A stretch of DNA of 64,000 bases from Dimorphilus gyrociliatus (Eukaryota; Animalia; Annelida): contig CAJFCJ010000014.1 of NCBI GenBank assembly GCA_904063045.1, positions 496,001 through 560,000 of the forward strand, in the 5' to 3' direction. The position numbers and the translations under genes are program-made. The notes beneath the pieces are model-generated. The model saw only the letters and a program-made list of their open reading frames with translations. It did no database searches and had not been told where the DNA came from. The number at the start of each line of letters is the position of its first letter. The stretch's first letter is position 1. Positions 24,069 to 35,222 of this stretch are shown here, piece after piece.

Positions 24069-27000
24069 AGCGTAGAAACAACTAGTGGAGTAGATAGTAC
24101 GACAAGTATGGAAACAACAAGTGAGTTAGATAGTACCACAAACATGGAAACAACTAGTATGATAGATAGTACAACAGTAATAGAAACAACCAGTGCACCA
24201 GATAGTACAACAGGAATAGAAACAACAAGCGTACCAGATAGTACAACAGATATGGAAACAACTAGTGGACTAGATAGTACCACAGGTATGGAAACAACAA
24301 GTGGATTAGATAGTACCACAGGCATGGAAACGACAAGTGAACTAGATAGCACGACAGGAATGGAAACAACAAGCGCACCAGACAGTACGACAGGAATGGA
24401 AACAACAAGTGGATTAGATAGTACCACAGGCATGGAAACGACAAGTGAACTAGATAGCACGACAGGAATGGAAACAACAAGCGCACCAGACAGTACGACA
24501 GGAATGGAAACAACCTCTGATTCAGGTAGTTCAACAAGCATCGGAACAACTACATCTGTAGACACAGATAGTATAACTATAGAACAGACTACCACAGAGC
24601 AATTAATCAGCACAAGTGCAGAGAGCACTAGTGAAATGACAACTGAGCCAGCCATTTCCACTACTATTGAGACTAGTTCAATGCGAACAACATCCACACC
24701 AACAGACAGTACAACTGCCAAACAAACAACATTAGCTGAAACAACAACTGTTGCAATCGATAGTACATCAAACATCCAGTCAACTACAATGCAAACAACT
24801 AGCATTTCTGATAGTACATTTGAGCAGACCACTCTTGGTCTGACAACTGACGAGATATTCAGCACTACAATTGATCAAACAACACAGCAAACAACCACCC
24901 AAAATATACCAAGCACAACCATTAGCTTAACAACATCTGGACAAACCACATCCCAGGAAACAGGTAGCTCATGAATTGTCGAAAAAGTTTTCTGTTAACA
25001 TATATTCATTCAGGTAGTACAACTATTGAACAAACAACAATAGGCTCGACAACATATTCAGAAACAGATAGCACATCCGGCTCTCAAACCACTACTCTAG
25101 GTCTGACAACATTAACACAAACTACACCAGAAAGAACAAGTAGTCAAATCACAGGTATTCAAACATCCGACCAACTGATAACGACTGAATTAGATAGCAG
25201 TACATCAATTTTTGAAACAAGCTCTTTGCCGTTGACTAGTTTAAATACAGATGAAACACTAGGTCAGACAACTGCTCCAGAAACAAGCAGTGGACAGTTG
25301 ACTAGTTTAGATAGTGCAAGCACCACATTTCAACAAACAACAGAGACAGAAAATACATCCGAAGATCAAACAACTAGTACTTTACTAACACAAACTACAA
25401 AAGATCCATTGATAAGTGAACAAACCACAACATCATCTACAGATAACACTTCAGATTCCCAAACAGTTTCTCTAGGTAATACTGCTATTTCAGAAACAAT
25501 TTCAACGACAGATACACAAATATCAACAGAGCAAACAACCGATCCTCACGCAAACAGCACTACTTTAGGTCAGACAACTACAAGTATGGGTACCACTGAA
25601 GGTATTGAAACGATTACTGACACAACCACAGAGAGTATTTACACAGTAAATACTTCAGTATCACAAACAATATCAACTATGCCATTCCCAACTGGAAGTA
25701 CAACTATACAAGAAGCCAATTTTACAACATTAGATAATAATATTACACAAATAACTACAGCTGTAGAAACACAAGTAACTACTTTAGAAACGTCTAGTAC
25801 TGAACAAACAAATACAGGTAGCACTGTGGGTGCTGAATCGACAACTTCAGATGAGACTACATCGGCAATGATGACCACCTTAGGGGGTAGTTCGAAAACA
25901 GGAACAACTGAAGAGCAAACGACTACAGATTTAGCATCGGAGGCTTCTACTGACGGAGCATCAACTGACCTCGGAACAGGAACCACTGAAGGACAATCAA
26001 CTGTATCAATGGGTAGTAGTTCACAGTTCACCACTGAAGGAGATAGTACAACGGGGGTAGAGTCAACATCAGCGTTAGACACTTCAACTGTAGATATTAC
26101 AAGCACATCAGATATGAGTACTGGATCGTTAGGCACCACCGTAAGTACAAGTTCTAAAGAAGGGACATCAGATACATTCCATACTCTAACTTGGTATTCA
26201 GTTGTATGGTGGTGTCGCCTCAGATATATCATGATATATTAATATGGTGTGGCTGCATAATTTTTTCAACTTACGAATTTTTATAATTTGCCTCCGGGTT
26301 TACAAAAGCTAGAGAAATATTAATAAAGATTAGCAATACCTTTTCTGCCAAATATAAATAGTTGCTTTTCCTAACTGCTACTCACTTACTTACATCAGGG
26401 TTTTCATGTTTCATTTTAATAAAAATTTTTGACAATTTCAGCCTTCTCTTCCTACCATAGCTGCCGATAAAGCAACAACAGGACAAACAACTGACGATGG
26501 AACAGGAACGACTGAAGCCGTTACATCAGGCTCCATGGGTAGCACTGAAAGTGCTGGAACTACTGAAGCCATTTCAAAAGGTTCCATGGGTAGTACTGAA
26601 AGTGCTGGAACTACTGAAGCTGTTACAGAAGGTTCCATGGGTAGTACTGAAAGTGCTGGAACTACTGAAGCCGTTTCAGAAGGTTCCATGGGTAGTACAC
26701 AAAGTGCTGGAACTACTGAAGCTGTTACAGAAGGTTCCATGGGTAGTACTGAAAGTGCTGGAACGACTGAAGCCGTTTCAGAAGGTTCAATGGGTAGTAC
26801 ACAAAGTGCTGGAACAACTGAAGCCGTTTCAGAAGGTTCCATGGGTAGTACACAAAGTGCTGGAACAACTGAAGCCGTTTCAGAAGGTTCCATGGGTAGT
26901 ACACAAAGTGCTGGAACTACTGAAACTGTCACAGAAGGTTCAATGGGTAGTACACAAAGTGCTGGAACAACTGATGCTGCCACAACAAGTACTATGGAAG

Positions 27001-27408
27001 ACATGTCAACAACTTTAGGAATCACTTGTGCAAGTAAGAAAGTTTTTCAAATATCATATCACATAAAGTCTATACACTGATATTACAACAGGTTCTTCTT
27101 GCAAAAATATAACGATTGTGTCAACCGATGTTCAGTATGAAATATCGGGATATTTTGAATATGTAAATGATAGGCATAGCAGACCCTATTATGAAAATAA
27201 GGAGGAAAGTTTGTTTTTGTATTACGCTTGGGATAATAGTGCTTGCGGAAAATGGCTAATGGGTCCTACATTAGGCAGTTTTTCAGCAATCATAACTTCG
27301 GATGAAAAAGCTGTTTCGCCTATAGATGTGAACAATTGGAATGTAGTGTCAAATGACGGTACAAAATTCGAATCTACAAACGCCATAACACTAATTTGTA
27401 CAGACTAA
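21475..27408 (+). CDS. Secreted mucin: signal peptide + IgGFc-binding domain + ~900-aa Thr/Ser-rich PTS region + small Cys-flanked C-terminal domain
   Basis: Exons 21475-21538, 21605-22061, 22127-22491, 22564-22801, 22889-23036, 23092-23337, 23910-24963, 25014-26140, 26442-27033, 27092-27408, all with phase-compatible GT-AG junctions. No VWD domains or TM segment were seen. Confidence 0.88.
24072..24514 (+). repeat. Coding tandem repeat, 36-bp unit (METTSGLDSTTG) x12, with a perfect 108-bp higher-order duplication
   Basis: 12 units at 24072-24503. 24288-24395 is repeated exactly at 24396-24503. Confidence 0.95.
26505..26978 (+). repeat. Coding tandem repeat, 51-bp unit (GSMGST[EQ]SAGTTEAV[ST]E) x~9
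   Basis: ggttccatgggtagtac...gctggaactactgaagc recurs every 51 bp. Confidence 0.95.
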
Positions 27409-27676
27409 TTTTTTCTATGACAATTGAATTTTCTTCCATCTTATTTTTTATAATTTCGTAAAAGTTGTTGATTTTACCAATTTTTACGTTTTAAAATGTT
27501 TATTTCATAAAAATCTTTTTTTTATATATAGTAAATCTGCAATGATTTATCTAAAGTGTTTTTATCCTTAAAAATCTTGAAAAAAAATCAACAATCTGTA
27601 CAGTTAAGGCTGAAAAACAAAGAGTAAAAAATGTATTTATTGTTTATATAAATTTATACATATATTACATATAAAA

Positions 27677-27680
<4 letters not shown>

Positions 27681-27733
<53 letters not shown>
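27681..27733. repeat. (AT)26 microsatellite
   Basis: Uninterrupted AT dinucleotide run between the convergent mucin and ERLEC1 3' ends. Confidence 0.97.
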
Positions 27734-27736
<3 letters not shown>

Positions 27737-28052
27737 TGAAAAGCTTTCTTTTTTTATTTATTTATATTCATTTTATAGGTAAAAAACAGGTTTTTATCTA
27801 TTATTCAATTGGGGCTGCATCTCATAACTCTGATCATCAGTTATGTTTTCATAAAAATAAACAACTGTATACAATTTTTATCTAACAATACTTTCAACTA
27901 TAACAAACGATTTTAAGCTCAAATATATTGAAAAGAAATGAACGAGTCTTTCTATTCGTTGTTAACTATGAAGTAAATAGCATTTGGTAGATTTATCTTT
28001 TTATTATTACTATTTATCATTATGATTTATTAAAAAATTTTGTTAGTATACA

Positions 28053-28083
<31 letters not shown>

Positions 28084-28210
28084 TAATAATCATTTTATTA
28101 ATATTTCCTGATAACGCACGAAAAAGTATTCCAAACCCAAAAAGAAACAATATTTAAATCACAGTTTGTAATTAATTTCTTTCAAAAGCAACATGAAAGA
28201 AACGAAAGTC

Positions 28211-30626
28211 TCATGGAGGTGACGTAGAAGAAGTCTGCAGGGGAATAATACCGTCTTCGTCGGCTTTTTCCAATATTGAACAGATAAGCTCTGATTCAAC
28301 CTATATAATATAGCAATAAGTTTGTTATAAATACACGTAGATCATTTGTTAGTATATTTATAAAAATTAATAAATATAAAAGGAGAATGAAGAGTAGCTT
28401 ACAGTTAAGAGATATTCGCATGTTCTAGGTTCTAATATATAAATTGAAATACTGTGAGCTGACGAAGCCTTTTCTGCACACCTTTTTAAGAGAAACAATG
28501 AAATTGATAATAAATTTTAATGGATTTTTTCTTATGTAACTTACTTAAGTTTAACTTCCACATGACGATGCCTTTTTGTCTCCTCACAAACATCTCCATT
28601 GCCATAATACTGTGTAATTGATTTTCTCGATTCTTTTTGCGACGACGGTCTCTTCTGCTGATTCTTCTGCATATATAATTTCTGGTATTTTTCATTCCAT
28701 TCTCCGAGTTTTATATAAGTTTTTTTACCATTTTTATCCTATAGAAAGAATATATTAATTCAAATAATCTTTACAATATTTAATGAAAATTTTACTTCGT
28801 GATACTGTTGAACTTGTTTTTGCAAACAGAATTCGTGTTTCCACCAACCAGAGCCTCCATCAATGCAACTTTCTCCGTTAATAATATCCCTTATCATTTT
28901 TTCTCTGACATGTGGCAACAAACGAGGCTGCTTAGGACGACTTTTAGGATCGGGTAATTGCTTTTGAGCCATTGGCTCTTTTGGTGAATTAATATGAAGG
29001 TGTTCCTGAGCAATATCATTGCCTAAATCTTCTTCGTCATCAATACTGGAGTCTTTACGATTTTCAAACTTTACATGAGCCTAAGAGGATAGATACAAAT
29101 ATAAAATGAATAATATAATAAAAATGATAATCATATAGGTATCTCTCTCATCAATTAAATAATTATTGAGGCGTTTAAAATGAAAGGAATTGAATAATCA
29201 ATGAAAAATTTACTTTATTTTCATTTACCTTCCCAGAATTAATTACTTGATCGAAAAGATCTTCGATCGGTTCCTATTATATGCATATATTATAGTACAC
29301 TTTACATAAATATTAGTAATACAATATACTGTATACTATATTTATTCAGTAATAATAATAATAACAATAGTAATAGAATATAGGAATATCTAATTAATTT
29401 TTACTTACGGAATTAAATTTTATCCTTCTTAATTCCAATTCTGCCAATGATTTAGGCCTATATTAATAAATAATTATTAATATACTAAATTTATAATTGT
29501 AGAATAGCTACTTTGTTGGAGAATTATTTAGTGGCAGACAGCGAATTTTTTGCGAACGCTTCGGTATTGTTACATAAGCTGGATGAGAACACAATAATTC
29601 TGTTAATACAACAGCTTCGTACTCGCAGCTGGAAACTTCTTTTATTTCGAATAGCTTTGAAAGACATATAATTAATTAAAATCATTGATTTTATTAATTT
29701 CATTTTACCTCAGCTCTAGCATTCTTATGACAAACGTATAAAATATTGGCTATTCTTGGATCATTTGTTACATCGCAATTTGTACCGGAAGTGTAATTAA
29801 CCCTAAAATATGGAAGAATATGGTCATCGTCTAATTTCTTCTTTTTGAGTAATTTCTTTAATTGAGCTATTGTTAATTTCTTTTCTACTGATTCATCAAC
29901 TTGTTTCTCTTTTGCTTTTTCTATTTCTTCAGCCTTTTTGTCCGGTGAATTTTTACCGTAATAACCTAGAAAATATTCTTGAACTTTCGGTTTCTATGGA
30001 GATGATATACTTAATAACAGAGCATCTATTGTTATCTTTATACCTTTCCCGGCTCTTTGTCTTCGTGATATTGTCTTAAAAAGCGTCCATGGCATAATTC
30101 ATAAGCCCAATAGGATTCCCACTAGATATTAATTATTTTATTAATATTACAGAAGCAAGCATAAACGAGTTACTTTGATGATTCTGTCTTACCCTATAAG
30201 AACATTGAGATGTATCGAACAAAGGTTTCAATAGTTCCAATTCTGATAATCCTTTATACGGTACTTTGTCATCCTTAAAACGTTTATTTATTTACGATTA
30301 ATTTTCTAATATTTAATTATACGGTGGAAAATTGTTTATAATAATATTAATACAAACTTTATCTTGAGCGTTATCTGCCTCTGGTAGGAAACACTTGTAC
30401 TGTTCTTGATCTCTTGTTTTCAGAACGATCGAATCGGTTGACATCTGATAATATTTCAATGTTAAATCAAATATTTTCTATATAAATATCTACAAACAGA
30501 TGGATCTTCTTTATAATCATTTTTAGATTCTAGCCAAACCATATCAAACATGCCATTATCCATAAACGGATCAAACGACAATGCTGTCGTTAAGACTATA
30601 GCAAAAGTGCATATTGTTCCTAACAT
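28211..30626 (-). CDS. ERLEC1: Endoplasmic reticulum lectin 1 (XTP3-B), two MRH domains, multi-exon
   Basis: Signal peptide MLGTICTFAIVLTTALS, followed by VLKTRDQEQYKCFLP and CIDGGSGWWKHEFC...QVQQYHE. The C-terminus VESELICSILEKADEDGII resembles human VESPVICKILDTADENGLL. Confidence 0.9.
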
Positions 30627-31713
30627 ATTAGGTAATGTTAGATATCCTCCGATCGTTGCCAAGCATTAAAAATGTAAACTATTTTAAAACTTCAAGTTGC
30701 ACTGGGCGCTACCATTTTCCAGAGCTCCGCACTCAATCCACGTACAATGGACATTGCAAGTTTAATAAGATGGGAACCACATTTTAAACAGGCGCCACAT
30801 TTAAAAAAAGAAGTACGCTCTATTTTCTTTGATTTTTTTTCAACCATCCCTGTATAATTGACGAAAAATAGCAATATTTAACTATATAACTCTATAATAT
30901 CATTTTAAAATAGGAAGCTTTTAGTCAAGCTTTTCTTTAATTAATTTATCAAATAAAAAAGACTTTGTTAGTCAACTACTACAATCTTTAAAAAGCATCT
31001 CTAAGTAAATATCAACATTCCTATCTCAATTGAGTAAATACTATTTATATTTCATATTATCCTATTCTATTTGAATTTTAGAGAGAGAATAAACTTTGAA
31101 ATAAAAAACCACATGAAAATACCAAAAACTATTCCAAGAATTTGGCGAAAATGAAAATTTTCCACAGGTTAGTAAAAAAGTAAGAGTCATACAGAGAATG
31201 AGAATGGGAGAGACCATATTTTTTATGTTTAGGGGTTTTTTCCTCTCTATTGTTATAACTATTAAATGGCCTATTATTGTACTTATCGCATCGTAAAAAT
31301 AATTGGAATACTTGTAAAATTGTCTTAATCATAGCCAAAAAACTTTTAATAATTTCAACAATTTTAGTTTTTTTTTTTGGGCAAAAAACTTCCTATTTCC
31401 GGTTTAAAGTAGTGCCAAAAAAAAAGAATATATGCGTGTGTAAGTTGACAGTAAAATTGATAAAGAGGATAGTAGGATGGAAAACCTACTTAAGCAAAGT
31501 ATTTAGTATACAGCGAGTAAAGTATACAGTATTTCTTAACTGAATATATTAGCATAATATGTATTATAGGCTTTAATCAGAATTCGACCGCAAAATTTCA
31601 ACACAACTAATTAATTCTTTTTTTTTTATAAAGTTTTGTATTTGTTTTTTAAATCAATCATTTTTCTTTATTCATGCATATTCATTAATATTCAAAAATG
31701 AATGAATAAATTC

Positions 31714-32126
31714 TTATCGTTTGGCTTGTCTGTAAGCTTCGATAAACTCTTGAACAGTAATAGTTCCATCGCCGCTAATATCGAATTTAGCCATTAGAAA
31801 CTGTAATGAATTGAAAAAAAACATGAATAGAAAATATTTGAAAGGACGGAAGAATATAGAAATAATCAATTGTACGTGAAAGAAGAGGAGGGAGCTAGAC
31901 GAGGGAAGGGGGGAGTGGGGGAGAATAGTAGACGAATTCAAGCGATTAATATACAACTTACTTCAACTTCTTTTGCTCTCTGTTCCTCAGTTTCGAGTTG
32001 ACTGCCGTGGGCAGAAACAACTTTCTCAACAAGACTTCTTATTTCGGATTTTTCCAATTTTCCGCTGTTATCTTTATCCAAATTACCAAAGATTTCTGTT
32101 AGTGTTTCGTCAGATAAGCCGGCCAT
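31714..32126 (-). CDS. 83-aa two-EF-hand calcium-binding protein, 2 exons
   Basis: Exons 32126-31962 and 31800-31714 (phase 0). Canonical loops are DKDNSGKLEKSE and DISGDGTITVQE. Confidence 0.88.
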
Positions 32127-32941
32127 CTTTATTTTAATAAAAAATGGAATATAATATGCATAATATTAATCTTATAGTTGTTTGATAAATATTCATTAAA
32201 AATGCACAAACACGTTCAAAAAGTAAAATATTTACTTTCAAATAAAACCAAATACTCTCATTTATTCTATTACGTGTAAGAAAAGTAAAGAAGTTAAAGC
32301 CTATATATCATTTTTCTCATTTAAAAGATGAAAAAAGAGCAATAAAAAGTGAAAAGAAAAGAGAAGATGGTAAGATAAATAAGAAGAAACAGAACGGTTT
32401 TTATTAATTAATATATATTTTTACAACTATAAATGAAACATTAATTAATTATTATGTTAATTAATTATTAACAATTATCTATTTAGTCCAATGTAACTTC
32501 CTTACCTTTTCTTTTTCTTTTAAGTTAAAATAAAAGTACAGAGAAAACTTTTTAGTTAAGTTGTGAATCTATTGGCGAGCTGCCGTTGAATGAAGAGTGA
32601 GACACAGAGAGAGAGAGAGAGACAGGGGCAGAAGGAGCGTGTAACCTGAACAAATGATTCAATGCTATTCTTTCAATATGGATTCTCCTTTTCCCCTTAT
32701 AACAGGTCTGTCTGTCTGTCTGTCTCTTTTCTATGCCTAGTATACAGCTCTCACCCACATATTCCGAATCATACATATGCATATTCATTCTAATTCAGTT
32801 TAGGCATAAAATTCTATTGACTGTTTGCCTAATACACAAAGCAAATCTAGTTTTTTTTTAGGTACAGGCACCAATTTTTTTCAACAATTGAAATATTAGC
32901 TGATTCATTTTTTTAAAGAGTAATATAATATATAATGATCT

Positions 32942-32976
<35 letters not shown>

Positions 32977-35222
32977 CTTTTTTTCTATACCACTTATCAT
33001 TCGGAACAACACTAAAAAGAACTTTTTATATCTATACCACATCCATAAAAACTCGAGTTGAACACATTCTAGGTTTTATCGACCGCAAGGAATCTTTTTG
33101 CGAACTATTTACTTGCTCTTTAATTCTTTTTTTTAATATCTTCAAGTTCCGTTTTCTTTCATATCTTTTATAGAGAAGTTTATTCTTTTTTTTTGTCTTC
33201 TTAATTTTTAATGACATATCCGGATTATTATAGGTTTACTTGTCTGGTTTCTAGGAGAATGATATACTTTCTGGATGTTACAAATTATAGATGTAACAAT
33301 TATAAACATATTACGCAATATAGACCGTATATATATATATATACTGTATATATATAGTTTGTAGATTTTGAAGAATAAAGTTGGAATTTACATGGCGTAG
33401 TATCGCTTGAACACTAATCACTAACGACATCTACACGCTTCGAAGGGAATACTAATAAAACCCAATTTATTCATAAAAAAACTATTTTAATATACATTAT
33501 AGATAAATTTATATAAATATATACAGTATATATATTGATTAATATCTAGGCCTAATACATTTAAAATCCTAAGTTTTTTCTAGATATTGACGTAGTCTCC
33601 TTCAAGATTATTATAAATAACATAAAGAATAAGAAAATATAATATAAAAAAATAGGTTAAAACTTAGAAAAATATAATTTTATTGAATTAAAAGATAACA
33701 TAATCAATTTAAAAAAGATAAAGAACACGAAATGAGGTTAATTATTAATTAATTAAATTAAGTAGAAAAGAATGAAATTATTCAAGAAAATATTCTTTTA
33801 TTAATAATATATTGTATTTATTTGATAGAATGTTATATATGTATATATATATAAACAGTATATATAATGTATAAATTGATGAGAGAGAGAGAGAGAGAGA
33901 GAGAGAAAAGAAATCTCGACAAGGTTGTCAATTAATTTACTAGTGTCAAGCAAACCCTGAAAAAAAGACGGTACAATCTTCATTTTATTATAAATAGCAA
34001 TAGTCTACAGTCTTCTCTCCTTATCACTTATCTTTCTTTCTCACGATTTTAAGCGATACAATATTTTATTTTTCCATCTTTCTTCAGTTTGAAAGGAATT
34101 AATGCAAGCGAAAAACTAAATTATATAACCTAGATAACTCCTGAATTCATTAGGCACGTTTTCAATTCGATAATTAGAATTTGCAATTAGGAGAAATACT
34201 GTATATGAAGACAAGTACATAATTTTTAAATATTATTTTACTATGTGTAAACAATAGGGAATAGAGAGTAAATTGTTCTTCTTTGTTTCCTCTTCCCGTC
34301 CTTCTTTTTATGTCCCTTCCACACGCACAGACTCCCTCTCTTTCTCTCTTCTCGCCCTTTCTCCTCTCGAGACTCTTTTTTCGATTAATTAAATTCGTTT
34401 TGCTTTCATTTTGCTTTTAAGTAAATTTTTTCTTTGTTTTTAAGCAATTAGGGAAAGCTTTTGCACTGTTTAGTTAAAAAAAAAACCTATATAGAATAAG
34501 TAGGAAGAAGGTAGATTGAGGCATAGTGTGGAAGTGATGAGAAATAAAGAGAGAATAATATTCTATAATACTTTCTATAGGCCTATATACGTGCTTTATA
34601 ATAAATTCAAAAGTATCTTTGGAACGGAAAAAGTAATTTTTTTAGTCTATTGTGAAATTTAATACAAGAAAACATAAATAAATTGAAAAGACTTTTTGAT
34701 TGCGAAACTATCTACTATTATATTAAATAATAAAGGCAACTTAAGGCTACTATAAAGCATGTAACCAAGAATTCGATTACGGATTAATAAATTCATGATT
34801 TAATTAAGTTTCTTTAGTTCTCTTCTGATTTTCTTTGAAAAATATGCTCTCAATTCTACAAATATGTAAGTAAGAGAATATTTTTTTACTGTGGTGACAT
34901 CTGTTGTCGTACCTAAAAATGTATGGCTATGTGTTCAATTACAAGAGAATATATTTTTCTAAATTGAATTGGAACGGGAAACCTAGCGTGTCAAAGTTTG
35001 TAAAAAGGTCAAGGTAATTTAGTCTTGTCGCGCATTTGGAGATATATTGGTATAGCGTAAACAGATCCAATTCTATTAAATAAAGAAAAAAACTATCAAA
35101 TAATTTCTCTAATTTATAGAGCGATAATGCGAGTATTTTATCTTGAGTCTTGTTAAAAAAAAGAAGAGGATTCAATTAACTCATTTTATGTTGATCGTTC
35201 TATTACGAAGAACCCAAACAAG

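Noticed and set aside
26497-27018. Alternative-frame ORF encoding cationic amphipathic repeats (LLKPFQKVPWVVLKVLE) resembling antimicrobial peptides
   Set aside because: A stop-free 51-bp unit keeps extra frames open automatically. There is no splice or start context for this frame, and the mucin frame is phase-linked to both flanking exons.
23906-27025. Long antisense ORFs (319, 197, 195 aa) rich in V/L/S
   Set aside because: Mirror products of ACN/AGT/GAA codons in the Thr/Ser mucin exons, with no independent coding signal.
30692-30874. Small ORF with CxxCxxC (KCGACLKCGSH)
   Set aside because: It lies in the ERLEC1 promoter region with no family match or splice partner, so it is probably chance.
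32200-35200. Several 60-80 aa ORFs in the 3-kb gap between the EF-hand gene and the ADAM
   Set aside because: Low complexity or microsatellite-derived, and no consistent exon chain could be built.
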